DNA from: Eledone cirrhosa
Lineage: Eukaryota
Assembly: GCA_964016885.1 (NCBI GenBank)
Contig: OZ024742.1
Span: 228,594,001-228,658,000 of the forward strand
Length of the DNA stretch: 64,000 nt
Direction of reading: 5' to 3'
The position numbers and the translations under genes are program-made. A model generated the notes under the pieces. That model searched no databases. It worked only from the letters and a program-made list of their open reading frames with translations, and was not told the origin of the DNA. Shown piece by piece: positions 46,234 through 60,935 of the stretch; position 1 is the first letter of the stretch, and each line of letters begins with the position of its first letter.

Positions 46234-47462
46234 TTAGGTGGAGTGGGGTTGGGTGGGACTGTGTTTGTTGTGGTTATTTTTGTGTGTTGGTGTTGTTGTT
46301 GTGGTGGTGTTGGTGGGTGGTTGTGTTGTTTTGATGGGTGTCGGCAGAAGGGCCTTTTTTTGATTCATTATTTTAGGACAGGAAGCCCTCAGGTGACCCC
46401 TGCTAAAGCAATGGTAACATGAAGGCCGCCTACCCTCAACCGAAAAGTTTATGTAGGTGAGTCCGTCCAGGAGTACACGTTGTGGGATCTTAGCTATTCG
46501 CTCTGGGCTCATTTGCACCAGAACTTCAATGTTAGTCCCATTGAATACATCTCTGGGGGACTTTCCTACTGACAGTATTCTATCTTCATCAAAATTGATG
46601 AAGCCGCAGTATCCACCATATGTTCACCTTTGGTGTGACACTCGTGATTCTGATCTTTTGTGTCCTTTTTCCCATGTATGTAAGGAAAAAGGTGTACAGG
46701 TTGGATACAATTGGCGACACAGTAATTTTGGGCCGTCAATTGACCCTTCATGAGTACCGAAATACTCCCAAAAAGTTTGCTTCTTTGAATGAATGCAATA
46801 TCATTCATTGAATTTTTGAAAACTAGTTCTGTGACAATTTCTTTCTGTGACAATTGGACTGGTTTTCGGGTAGAATTGGAAACTGTCCTAAAAACTATCG
46901 TTTTGAGAGCAGTTTCCTTGCGAATTTCTACCGGAGAATTGATGCTGAAAGCACCATTTTTTTCGAAAGTGACATATCTCCTAGCGTCCTTTAAAAGTTG
47001 TTCAGCATTTGTTATGTCGAGATATATCAAAATGTCGAGATATATCCTTTTTTTGAACTTTCTCTGCAAAGGAGTTTTTGGTTTCTTTGTGGAATCCGTA
47101 TTGGTGGTGTTGTCATTATTGTTGTTATTGTTGTTGTTATTCTTGTTGTCACCGATGTTGGTATTATTCGTGTTTTCCTTGGTGTTGTTCTTGTCTTTGA
47201 TGCTGGTGTTATTGGTGTTGTCTTTATTTTTTTCTTTGTTGTTGTTATCATTGTTGCTTTTATCATCATTATTGGTGTTGCTGTTATTTTTGTTGTCATT
47301 GAATTGTTTGGTGTCATTTGTGTTGTTTGAATATGAATTCGTTTTTACATTTTCATTTCGTCTTTCCATCTCTATAGTATCTAGTGAAGAAGACGTTGTT
47401 GACTGCGAGCTTTGTAGTCTTACCGCCTCTCCACCACCATTATCGTTGGACGCTGCTTTCAT
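46234..47462 (-). pseudogene. Tx1 ORF1 (gag-like, zinc knuckle), frameshifted
   Basis: Asn-rich N-terminus and VEGRRPSCYHCFSRGHLRASCP (CX2CX4HX4C). Probably continues through a T/Q-rich tail to about 45540. Confidence 0.8.
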
Positions 47463-47731
47463 AACGTAATCAAAATTTTACAATATTTTTTTTTTTTCCA
47501 AGATTCGATGGAGAAAAAAATATTTCAAATGGATATTCTGCCCCTGTAGGGGGCGAAAATGAGTTGACCCACCACCTGAAGGTCCAGACGGGGGGTCAAG
47601 TTACACAATGATATAAAATTTAACTAAAAACTCACGTTTTTTTCTTACATAAATTAACGGAAACTTCTCCGCGAAGTTACACACGTCTGATAGAGAGATA
47701 GATAGATAGATAGATAGAGAGAGAGAGGGAG

Positions 47732-47808
<77 letters not shown>

Positions 47809-47979
47809 ACAGCTTTATCTTCCTCAAAGAATATCATTGTTGCAATCTAGCAATTTTATATACATATGGAAGAACACACACACATATATATGTCTATAAA
47901 CACACACACACACACGCACACACACACACGCACAAACACACACACACATATACACACACATACAAACACACACACACAC

Positions 47980-48053
<74 letters not shown>

Positions 48054-48058
48054 ATATG

Positions 48059-48096
<38 letters not shown>

Positions 48097-48379
48097 CATG
48101 CATTTAAATGGCATTTCATTTAAAATATATTTTTAAAAAATACACCAAGTTTAAAGAGAGAAATTTCTTCGGTGCATTGTAAAAAACAAAACAAAATCCC
48201 AACAAAACATAAGAACAACAAAAAATAAGATCAATAAAACAAAGATAAGATAAAATATATACTAATAATATAATAAAAATGTGAAGAATAAAGGTTAAAT
48301 TAAAGAGATTAACATAAAATATAAATAATTTTTAGATATATAGGTTGTCTGGTTAATTTACTGAGAACGGCGCAGTTAT

Positions 48380-48614
48380 CATCCTCCCCCTCCTCCTCTT
48401 CTTCTTCTTCTTCTTCTTCTTCTTCTTCTTCTTCTTCTTCTCCCTTCTCTTCCTCCACTTTCTTCCCCCCACTACCCCCTCCACATCCTCCACCTCAGCA
48501 TCATCATCAATACTATGTTCCGTCACCCTCTCTTCTTTCTTCCACGCACATCCTCTTATCCTCTTCCTCCCCTTCCCATCCCCTATTCCTCCCACTTCTC
48601 CCACCACCTCCTCG

Positions 48615-48663
<49 letters not shown>

Positions 48664-48870
48664 CATCATCATCGTATTCTTCCCCCTGCTCCCTCCTCAA
48701 TATTCTCCACTTCATCATCATTATCATTGTCTTCAACATCAACATCATCAACATCATTCTCATCATCATCATCATCACCATCGTAATCATCATCACCATA
48801 ATCATCATCATCATCATCATCAATATGATCAACATTATCATCAACATCATCATCCACATCATTATTCCTA
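48380..48870. repeat. (TTC)n/(TCA)n trinucleotide tracts
   Basis: Direct reading. Confidence 0.9.
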
Positions 48871-49087
48871 CCCTCCTCCTCTGGTTAATTTATCATAGCT
48901 AGGTGTGTTATGATAAGTTTTAGGATAGCGACGAGAGAAGGGAGATAATAGCTCAAAGCTGTAAGGTAATTTACACATTAAATTTCTTGGATAAAACAAA
49001 AATGATCGTTTATGCGTATTTTTAAACAAAGACTCAACGATAAATATAAACATTATAAATATATAAATATAATGTTTATATATATAT

Positions 49088-49118
<31 letters not shown>

Positions 49119-49150
49119 AATATTATATATATATATATAAACATTATATA

Positions 49151-49193
<43 letters not shown>

Positions 49194-49221
49194 CCATATA
49201 TATATATATATATGTGTGTGT

Positions 49222-49256
<35 letters not shown>

Positions 49257-49304
49257 GGACACACATATATATATATACTGTAATATATGCTGTATATATA
49301 TATA

Positions 49305-49389
<85 letters not shown>

Positions 49390-49394
49390 TATAC

Positions 49395-49427
<33 letters not shown>

Positions 49428-49522
49428 CACTGTATATATATGCTGTATATATATATCTACATTATATATATACATACATACATATATATATATATACATA
49501 CATACATATATACATACATACA

Positions 49523-49615
<93 letters not shown>

Positions 49616-49801
49616 TTATATATACTATCGTTTGAACTCTCTATGATATATATTATATTTATAACTCAGTTTATGATACAATGATCTAACATATTTATAT
49701 ATTTATTTCTTTGTATTATTTTTTTATTGCTTTGTTTTATTGTTTCATTGTCACAGACTGCCTACCCTTTTCTACTCATGGAATGACGCATATAGAGCCG
49801 T

Positions 49802-49868
<67 letters not shown>

Positions 49869-49873
49869 TATAT

Positions 49874-49906
<33 letters not shown>

Positions 49907-49938
49907 AATATTATATATATATATATAAACATTATATA

Positions 49939-50076
<138 letters not shown>

Positions 50077-50109
50077 GGACACACATATATATATATACTG
50101 TAATATATG

Positions 50110-50143
<34 letters not shown>

Positions 50144-50152
50144 TATGTGTGC

Positions 50153-50204
<52 letters not shown>

Positions 50205-50345
50205 GCACACATATGATATGATATGATATATATATATATATATATAAATTCAGTGAGAATCGCATTTCGGCGGGTAGAAAAAGCGAAACGAAACGCAAAA
50301 TCAGAGTTATGCTGGCAAGCGCCCCATAGTTAAAAAACCACAGCT

Positions 50346-50426
<81 letters not shown>

Positions 50427-50440
50427 TATATATATATATG

Positions 50441-50494
<54 letters not shown>

Positions 50495-50808
50495 AAATTA
50501 AGATAAATCAAATGAATTTAATTTAAATCAAAATTATGGGTGTCATGCCAGAAATACATATGCCATATCACCCGCAAAATAAGCTCTAAGATTCTAACGA
50601 GTAGGTCCGAGCATTTTATAATAACTAGAGATTGATTAACATATAAATAAACATGAATAATCACAGATTAATCATATTATAAGGTATCTATTTTTGAAGT
50701 TCTGGTCAACTTTATTTAGTTACCTACCTAGCTATGTGTGGTTACACACTTGTAAAAATTATCTCCTGTGATTATTCATGTTTATTTATATGTTAATCAA
50801 TCTCTAGT

Positions 50809-50815
<7 letters not shown>
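50495..50815. mobile_element. TA-embedded cassette with 50-bp inverted arms (50617-50666 / 50766-50815) and tail
   Basis: ataactagagattgattaacatataaataaacatgaataatcacag is mirrored. Same architecture as the HHR cassettes, but no HHR seen. Confidence 0.7.
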
Positions 50816-50882
<67 letters not shown>

Positions 50883-50890
50883 TATGTGTG

Positions 50891-50927
<37 letters not shown>

Positions 50928-50928
<1 letters not shown>

Positions 50929-50981
50929 AACCGAATAAAGCTCTCGACCAGACGTTATTAAACAAACATACAAACATACAT

Positions 50982-51038
<57 letters not shown>

Positions 51039-51316
51039 AGTGTCCCCAAAAGGGTATATACACTTCAACAGCATTCTAATAAATATTGCCTGTACAGGTA
51101 ATCAAAGTGTGAATATATTTTGGGTGGGGGAGTACCCTGTAAAAGGAAAAGAATGAGTTCATTTGTAGCTGGTGTTCTAAGCAATTTGATTTTATAATAT
51201 TATAGTTTTACAATTTGGCTATGTAGAGTCAACATAGTATCATTATAATATTGTAATATAAAATTAAATTGTTTAGAAAACCAACTACAAGTGAAGTTAT
51301 TTTCACACATTTTCCA

Positions 51317-51347
<31 letters not shown>

Positions 51348-51795
51348 CACATACATACATATACATACACACACATATGATATATATATATATATATATG
51401 TATATATATTGTTATATATACGCATCTGTTGGTTTTCACTTTAATTTATAAATTTTAATCTGGTTGTGTTACGTCCTCAGTGACTAATTTTGGTACTTTG
51501 TGCTCCTCCTTTGTTTTGTCCTACGCCATCTTGTTTCTGTGTGTTGTAAGCACAAAATAACAAATTAGTCACTGGCGAGGCCACAGAATGTGTGACGAAA
51601 GAGCTTTGACAATAAATAAACAACCATCAGGTTATTAAATCAGCCAACTGGAAATTTGCAATAAATTAAATTGAAAAGCTACAGGTGCGTGTGTTTTTTA
51701 TTGGCAACATGACCCTCCCAAAGTATAACAATATCTGTTTCAACGCACGTTTTCAGATTTGCAAAAGAAATACAAAAACGAAGAATATATAAGTG

Positions 51796-51828
<33 letters not shown>

Positions 51829-52106
51829 TGGAAAATGTGTGAAAATAACTTCACTTGTAGTTGGTTTTCTAAACAATTTAATTTTACAATATTACAATAT
51901 TATAATGATACTATGTTGACTCTACATAGCCAAATTGTAAAACTATAATATTATAAAATCAAATTGTTTAGAACACCAGCTCCAAGTGAACTCATTCTTT
52001 TCCTTTTACAGGGTACTCCCCCACCCAAAATATATTCACACTTTGATTACCTGTACAGGCAATATTTATTAGAATGCTGTTGAAGTGTGTATACTCTTTT
52101 GGGGAC

Positions 52107-52175
<69 letters not shown>

Positions 52176-52223
52176 TTTTGTATGTTTGTTTAATAACGTC
52201 TGATCGAGAGCTTTATTCGGTTT
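50928..52223. repeat. Long inverted repeat: ~390-bp arms 50928-51320 / 51826-52223
   Basis: gtccccaaaagggtatatacacttcaacagc...cacattttccaata is mirrored with several mismatches; each arm contains a TA run. Confidence 0.85.
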
Positions 52224-53396
52224 GTGGAAAGGAATTTATTCCTTTGTTCAAAATTTGAATTTCGACCTCCAAAAACCGGGGGTTACCTCCCTTTGGGAAA
52301 ACTATGTGATCGCCAGCAGTGTTACTGCTATAACTCACACCCGGCAGCGGCAGAGAACAGATACCTGTTGAGAAATTGAACCCTCTGTTCGATCTTCCAA
52401 AACCAATAATTTGCACACCCAGCAAGTGGATTTTGTTGATTCGGATTCACAGAAACCTAGCGGAGATATTGCTTAATATCGACGCGATGGTCCAGGTTTG
52501 ACAAATTATCCTGAGTTGGTTTTCTCGTTGGTTTGGTCCTTGCGGCTGGCTTTCCGGTCGCAATCTTCAATTTGCCAAGCTGTCTAAACGTAATGTTATT
52601 ACTCTAAGGTAAAATACCTTATTGAGTGCTTAGCTGCACATTCCGATTGCATTCGTTAGCTTGGCTGCAGCCAGAGCTTCGATTATAATGAACTTCCATA
52701 TATATATATATATATATATAGGAACGAGTAGGACCCCGACGGCTAATTCTGGACTAAATGAAAATTTTTATCCTGGTACATGAATAGCCGAGCTTCTCAG
52801 GGGGTAATTCCATATATGGTAAAAGTGATTGTCACAAGGATTGGTCAAAAGTTTGTTATTGAGACACATAATTCTATCATGGCATTTAGTGGAAGGAAGG
52901 AGTAGCTGAACTTGCCAGTAGAAGAAAGAATGAGAAGGAGTGGAGGAAACCCAGTCGTGCGTTGATAGTGCCAACTACAGCAGGATCCTAAGGATAAGAG
53001 GTCGAGAAAGTATACTAGGGAGGGGGAGGGGGAGGAAGTCGAAACAATATGTAAATCAATATGGAGTAAATATATAGAAGAATAATAAGGATGTTAAAAA
53101 TATAAGGATGTTAAAAATATAAGGATGTTAAAAATATAAAAAAACAATTTCTGGTAACTATTCCCTTACCACAATCATCAAGTCTCTCACTGGTACTGCC
53201 AAACTACAGAAAAGTTTAATAGGTGGGACGGAATACTAAATACGAGATTGTAGTGGAAGAATTTAATGAGTTAGTAGTAATCATCCAAATCTATCTTACA
53301 GTGACAGGTCAACAAGTAGGGGCCACAATACTAAAGAAACTACTACGAAATAATAATTCAGGATACCGAAATTGAATACTAAGACAATATATTTCG

Positions 53397-53489
<93 letters not shown>

Positions 53490-53825
53490 GATTTTGAGTA
53501 TATGTTGGTTGTATACCAACACCTCAGTATGCAGGCTGGAGCACTCGACGAAGTGCGCAGATTGGTTTGGTTACTCCGGAGTAATGTAAAATAAAGTTAA
53601 GTAAAAATAAAGTTAACCAGTTCCTCAGTGAAATAACAACCCAACCAGGAACTGGGCATATCAGAGTATTGACAAAATTATACACCTCAACAACATATGT
53701 ACTTGTCTATACCACACTAATTCAGACTGCCTGAAGAGGTCACAGCCAAAGATGGCTGTCACTGAAATATATATAGCAGTAATAAACGAAGCTAAATTTT
53801 AAACATTTGACTTTTTATTTAACTT

Positions 53826-53832
<7 letters not shown>
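53490..53832. mobile_element. PLE terminus in internally inverted form (homolog of 11851-12175)
   Basis: 53500-53600 is collinear with 11851-11945, while 53617-53810 is inverted relative to 11945-12168. Short IR taaaataaagttaa / ttaactttatttta. Confidence 0.75.
53726..53780 (+). ncRNA. Type I hammerhead ribozyme
   Basis: actgc-CTGAAGA-ggtcacagcc..ggctgtcact-GAAA-tatata-TA-gcagt. Confidence 0.88.
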
Positions 53833-53860
<28 letters not shown>

Positions 53861-54591
53861 GGATGAATATAAAATGAAAGTGCTTTTGTTAAAAAAGGAA
53901 TTTATTAGGTATTGACATATGTTTCTGTAACAGACCGAATACCTATGTATCGCTGCTTGCGTAATCATATAATGTTAGCAAGTATTCGATAGCAAATGTA
54001 TAATCAGTTGTCACTTCTTCAGAGATTTTGGATAAACTGGATAAAATCAGAAAAATTGAAGTATTTATATTAGTAAAAGAGGAAGGAACAGAGGGGATAG
54101 AATATGACAGATGGTAAAATAATTTACTGCTAAACAAGAATATAATGGGTTTTTAATGAGAATACCATGAGTAAATCTAAATAAGAATTTTGGGAGTGCC
54201 AATTTTAATCTCTACTTGACCAACTGGACAGTGGACAGGGCTGGTCATTTGGTGCAGTAGTATTAATTATAAAGTGTCAATTGGGGAAGGGGGAGATTTC
54301 GATTGCTACTAAAACAGAATAGAGCGATCGTTATACTGTAACCATCGCTTAAAATCTACATTTTCATATTATAAATACTACCAGGATTGAACGCCTGTCT
54401 CTATCCCCGTTTGATTGTCAAAATAGATATGAACATTCTTTATTAGTCTTAATTCTATCAACTCTTCTATTATTTACCTTTTAATACAAACTGCTATAGA
54501 TAAAATGAGATTTCTGATTTCTTGATTCAATTCCCTAGTGCAAATACCAGCTGACTACTAGCATTGATGTTATTTAGTAGCGATCGAAATC

Positions 54592-55834
54592 TTCCTTTGG
54601 AAGAGGCGGGCTCCTATGGTGAGGAGATCCATCTGCTGTCAACACCCTTCGAAAGGAGGGCTGGGGATGCCGTGGCTAATGATGCGTAAACACGCATTAA
54701 GGCTACGGCACCTCTACGTATTCCTCACCGGACAACCGGTGTGGGCCTCGTTTGTGAGACGAACCTTTCCCAGACTCGTCTCACTCACCGAGCTGCAATC
54801 CTGGGTCAAGCAAAGACCGAGAAAACTGGGCGCCTGGCACACTGAGTGTGCCCAGGCGCTCACCGCCCTCTGGCAGGCGGATCCGGTTATCAGTGGAGAC
54901 TCCACCGCAACATTCTATAGAGGGCTGGTACGCAGCAGGTGCGACGACGCCCTCGGAGAAGCCCTAGACATGGAGGAGGACGAACTGGCCGGCCTGTTCG
55001 GTAGGACATTCAGCCCGGGACCTATGGACAACTTCCAGAAGTCCCTGGCCTGGCAGTGCTACCGAGGAGCTTTACCCGTTCGAGAAAGGCTCTACAGACA
55101 CGGGCGCCCGGGTAGGGACCCCGCCAAAAAGATCTGTCCCAGATGCGTGTGCGACGAGGAAACCGTTGCACACGCATTGGTACACTGCTCGGGCGTAGCC
55201 GATCTGTGGGGCTATGTCGAACAACTGCTGTCAAGGGTGGGACCGATCCGGTTGACCACCGAGTCTATTGTAATGATCAAGCCGCCTCCCCCCTTCAAAG
55301 ATGAAGCAGAGGCGGTGTTTCTGTGCGTAATAGCCATGGCGAAAGAGGTTGTATGGTGGACGCGTCTGAAAGGACTGAGGTCAGGCACCTTTCTCTCTGG
55401 CCAACAACTGGTCCGTTTCTTCCGATATCATTTCGGAAGAAGGATCAGGATGGAGAGAGAGGTGCTGCACCCCAGCCGTTTCTATGAAAGATGGGTGAAA
55501 GTGGCGAGAATGGCCCGTGTGAATGGGCCTTCACTCTACATCAGACTATAGGTGAGGAAGATGAAAGACCAAGGGAGCACCCCTTCTCTGTGCTCCTGAG
55601 GAGAAGGGTTGCACACTTTTTTCGGGGGTGTGTGCGACCCCCCAAGGCGCCTCCTCTCTATTGAGGACTTTGTTATAAATTTTATTTTTTGTTATATTTT
55701 ATTTTATTTTTATATATTGTTATTGCCTCCTCCTTATTGAGGACGCCTTGTTTTGTAAACTCCCCCCATTGTACTTGTCCCACTTTTGATGCCCTGGTGG
55801 CAAATAAAAGAAACATATCTATCTATCTATCTAT
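54592..55834 (+). mobile_element. 5'-truncated Tx1 copy; open C-terminal ORF2 segment 54616-55551
   Basis: Peptide is highly similar to 42057-43133. AATAAA at 55803 is followed by (TATC)n. Confidence 0.92.
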
Positions 55835-55849
55835 ATGTTACCCATATGA

Positions 55850-58529
55850 TATGTCTCCCCCTATCAACGAACGCCTAATGACAGCAAGATTCACCACATC
55901 ACATGCAAAGGTCACCATAGCTCAGTGCTATGCTCCAACCAACGAACATAACGACGATGACAAGGAAGCTTTCTACCAGCAACTACAAGATGTTGTCAAC
56001 AAAACCCCACGTCATGACATCCTGATCATCATGGGAGACATGAACGCAAAGATCGGGGGAAGCAGGGTTGGCCTTGAACATGTCCTTGGCCCCCATGCTT
56101 ATGGAAACCGCATGGACAACGGGGACAGGTTTGTCCAATTCTGTGCCATGAACAATATGAAAATCGGCTCGTCATTATTTGACCACAAGAACATCCACAA
56201 GGTCACATGGCTTCGAACGACCACATGACCAAGACGCAAATAGACAACATTGCAATTGGCCCAAGATGGAGAACTCCTTGCCTGCAGGACGTCCGAGTCT
56301 ACCGAGGCGCAGATGTCTGCAGTGGCCACTATCTGTCTGTTACCAAACTTAAAATCAGACTGAGGAAGCAGAAGAAGAAAGCACCCACTACAAGGCGTTT
56401 TGACACTACCAAGCTGAATAACGGTAACACAGAAGCACAGTTCGAGGCTGCTTTGAGGAACAGATTTGCTGTCCTTGACGAGTCTTCACTAGGCTCGGTC
56501 AGTTGGAGGGAGGAAATGAAGAAGACCATGGAAGCTGCAGGGGAAAAAATCCTGGGCTACAGGAAGTCCCTCAGAGAAGCTTGGATCAGCGACAACACCT
56601 GGTACCTGATTAATGAAAGGAAAGCCCTACACCAGCAGAGGCATGCCACTACCCCATAGGCCATCAAAGTATATCAGCAGTATGTTGAGAAGGACAAGGA
56701 AGTGAAACGCAGCGCCCAAAAGGACAAACGAATGTGGCTTGAGAGTAAGGTAGAGGATGCAGAAGCAACTGCGTCACGCAATGACATGCGCTCTGTGTAC
56801 CAAATTGCCAAGAAAATCACCGGCAGCTCTAGAGCTAACTCAGGCCCGGTGAAAGCGAAAGATGGTACGCTGCTTTCTAAGGGTGAAGAAAAGTTAGTCA
56901 GATGGGCTGAACATTTCAAGGAAGTCCTCAACCGACCGGAGCCACGTATGCCAGCAGACACTAAGGAACCTACTAGTTTGTTGCCTATCAATACTGATGA
57001 CTTCACTGAGAAGGAAGTCCGCATGGCCATCAAAACCCTTAAGAATAACAAGTCACCAGGTATAGATGGCATTTCTGCTGAAATGCTGAAGTTAGGAGGC
57101 GAAAGCATGGTCAAGTGGATGGGCCATTTATGTAATCTTGTGTGGAACACGGGTGAAGTCCCAGATGACTGGAGAAACGGAGCGGTTGTCTGTATCCCCA
57201 AGAAGGGCAACCTTGCCGATTGTGACAACTGGAGAGGAGTGACACTTCTCTCCATTCCAGGGAAGGTCTATTATCTAGTGATCCTGAACCGCATGCGTGG
57301 CATGGTAGACCGGGAACTGCGAGAACAACAGGAAGGGTTCCGACCAAAACGTTCCTGTACAGAGCAGATCTTTACGCTACGCCGCATCATTGAAAGGTAT
57401 AACGAATTCCAGAGGCCCCTCACCATCAGCTTCATCGATTTCTCCAAAGCATTCGATAGCATTCATCGACCGTCGCTCTGGAGCATCATACATGAGTATG
57501 GTCTGCCCCAGAAAGTCATTTCGGCAATCAAACAGATTTACGCAAACTCCAAGTGCTGCATACGGACAGAGGATGGTTACAGTGACTGGTTTGAGGTGGT
57601 TACTGGCGTGCGTCAAGGTTGCTCGCTCTCTCTCCAATTCTCTTTGCCATAGCCATTGACTGGGTACTAAGAAGAGCGTCTGAAGACCAGGGTATATCTT
57701 GGGTGGGAGAGCAAAAGTTGTCTGACCTGGACTTTGCGGACGATATTGCTGCACTTGCATAGAACACAGCTGACCTGCAAAACTTTGTGAACAATATCAA
57801 TGTTGAAGCAGGAAGCTTAGATCTCAATATCAGTGCCAAGAAGACCAAAAGCATGTTATCTGGGACACACCCACCACCAACCAGTGTCTTCATTGAACAG
57901 GGGGAGGTGGAGATAGTGGACAACTTCACCTACCTAGGAAGCTCCATTAACAATGTGGGCACCATGGACAGTGAACTGCAATGTAGAATGGGAAAGGCTT
58001 CAGCAGCATTTAACCAGTTTGACAAGATCTGGAAGAGCAGGAAGTTCACCCTCAAAACAAAGATGAGATTCTACAACAGCAACGTGCTGTCCACACTCTT
58101 GTACGGAAGTGAAACATGGCACCTTAAGACCAGCCAAGAGAAGAAGTTGGACGCATTCGATTCCAGATGTCTGCGAAAGATCCTGGGGATTAAATGGAGT
58201 GACCATGTAACAAACCAGGAAGTCAGGAACCGCACCAACCAGCAGCTAGTCTCTTCTACCATCTGCAAGCGACGCCTGGGCTGGTTTGGACAGGCTTTGA
58301 GACTTCCCCCGGAGAGACTGGCGAACCAAGTACTTAAATGGAGCCCGCAGGGAAGCAGACGGAGAGGGCGACCCAAAATGAACTGGCGCCAGACAGTTGA
58401 GAGGGACCTGCGAGCGACAAACAGACAATGGCGGGACGCTGTGCAACTGGCTGCTGACCGAACGCGATGGAACACTATGATTGCCCCATGCGTCGCAAGA
58501 CGCGAGAGCTTCTGAGTCTGAGTCTGAGT
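55850..58529 (+). mobile_element. 5'-truncated RTE-clade LINE (APE + RT), disrupted, with (CTGAGT)3 tail
   Basis: QCYAPT, MGDMNAKIG, KSPGIDGI, PKKGNLADCDNWRGVTLLS, DFSKAFDS, GVRQGC, LDFADD, LLYGSETW, RRRGRPK. Possible TSD tatgttacccatat / tatgtccccatat. Confidence 0.93.
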
Positions 58530-58555
58530 ACGTATGTCCCCATATCTCTCTTTCT

Positions 58556-58620
<65 letters not shown>

Positions 58621-58850
58621 CATATGTGTGTGTGTGTGTGTGTATATATGTGTGTACTTACATGTATTTATATGTAGACATTTGAGTACATACATATCTA
58701 TATATCTATGAAAATGTATACATAAATATATATATTCACAAAAATCATTTATATATATATTGACATCTATACACATTCACAAAAGCACATGTGTATGTCT
58801 ATTTATTTGTGAAATATCTTTCTCCCACCACCGATACATCTATCATATCT

Positions 58851-58881
<31 letters not shown>

Positions 58882-59350
58882 CATACACGCACACACACAC
58901 GCACACACACACACATACACGCACACACACTCACACACACGCACACACACACACATACACGCACACACACTCACACACACACACACGCACACATACACGC
59001 CCACACACACACGCACACACGCACTCACACACAAACACGCACACTCACTCACACATAGACGCACACTCACTCACACATACACCAAACAAACAAACAAAGG
59101 CAAGCCAAACATATTCTCACATTACATACATGAACAAACACAATGTTCCTGAGTACAAACATAAACAAATATAGTATCGACTTCAATACATATATATCAA
59201 TATATCAATGTTTTATTTTCAAATCATTAACAAATGTTTCGACTACAAACAGCCCCTACTCATCCAACTCAATCCAACTTCACTTTCGTCTCCCGAAAAA
59301 AAGAAATTATACACACATAAAAAAAAAAATATATATATTTAAAGCTACGA

Positions 59351-59438
<88 letters not shown>

Positions 59439-59461
59439 GTATATATTTGTATATATATATA

Positions 59462-59492
<31 letters not shown>

Positions 59493-59557
59493 GTATATAT
59501 TTGTATATATATATATATGTGTATGCGTATATATATATATATATATATGTATATATT

Positions 59558-59673
<116 letters not shown>

Positions 59674-59744
59674 ACAAAACCTATATATTTGCTGGCATTG
59701 ATATGCATCTGTATGTATATAAATGTTACTAGATATAAATTCTT

Positions 59745-59831
<87 letters not shown>

Positions 59832-59958
59832 TTGTATGTATTTATGTATCTATGTATATATATATATATATATACATATTTACATATATATATATATATA
59901 TATGTGTGTGTATGTATTTATGTATCTATGTATATATATACATACATATATACATTTG

Positions 59959-59989
<31 letters not shown>

Positions 59990-59993
59990 GTGT

Positions 59994-60027
<34 letters not shown>

Positions 60028-60190
60028 ATGCAAAAGACAAAACGTTACTACCACGCCATTTAACAAATATGATTTTCTTTAGAACATCTTGTTTCAGTTT
60101 TGTGTGGAATGGTAATAGTAATGATGGCAAAGATGAAACTAAGCATAATGGTCCCCCCTCTCTCTCTCTCTCTGTTATATATATATATTC

Positions 60191-60233
<43 letters not shown>

Positions 60234-60361
60234 CATACACTGGCGCCCACACATGCTCGCTCACGTTTGTGTTTGTATGCGTAGTTTAAAAAATATATTT
60301 TGCTAACTCACATGTGGCATTTATTGTGTGAAACATCCATCATGTTATGTAGTATTGAAAC

Positions 60362-60545
60362 CAGTGGATTGGCAGTATCGGTTGAGGGTCTGACGCCATG
60401 CTTTGCAGCAAAGAGTTACGGCCCTTGCCATTCTGAGTTCAAATCCCGCCGAGGTTAACTTTGCCTTTCATCCGTACGGGGTCGATAAAATAAAGTACCA
60501 GTAATACACTGGAATAATTGCTGGCCTTGTGCCAAAAGTAGTAAT
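60362..60545 (+). mobile_element. tRNA-SINE, same subfamily as the 24.8-26.0 kb array
   Basis: A box tggcagtatcgg, B box gagttcaaatccc, core and ggccttgtgcc end. Further copies at about 60600-60780, 61935-62080 and 62790-62978 (all -). Confidence 0.85.
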
Positions 60546-60935
60546 AATTATTTGCAAAACCAGAAACAATTATTTAGACACAAGGCAAACAATATTGAAA
60601 GGAGAGGAAATTACATGACACCAGTTTGTGACAGGTACTGTATTTTATCAATCCCGGAAGGTTGAAAGTCAAAGTTTAACTCAGCGGAATTTGAACTAAA
60701 AATTTGAAGTGCCAGATCGAATACTCCTAAGCATTTCTTAGTCATTGCACTAACTACTCTGTCATTGCACCACCCTAGAGACCATCTCTCTAGGTCTGAA
60801 CATAACCAATTTCTTCCAGAGAAGGAAAGAAGGTAATAGAGAGGAAGCGAGAAAGGGATAGAGAGGAAGAATCGACTCAAGTACTAGATTGTTTTTTTTT
60901 TTTATTGACCTTGAAAGAATAAAACACACTTCGTA

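Larger units (their letters stand above)
41815..47689 (-). mobile_element. Full-length Tx1/L1-clade non-LTR retrotransposon, disrupted
   Basis: ORF1, ORF2, 3' UTR and AATAAA (41823-41828); both ends abut (GATA)n. Confidence 0.93.

Noticed and set aside
46789-47469. Hydrophobic 226-aa plus-strand ORF
   Set aside because: Antisense shadow of the Asn-rich Tx1 ORF1.
52760-54590. Possible further PLE/LINE coding remnants at 52760-53400 and 53950-54590 (also 17665-17940 and 19340-19615)
   Set aside because: No motif could be read convincingly by eye; a tBLASTx/HMM search is needed.
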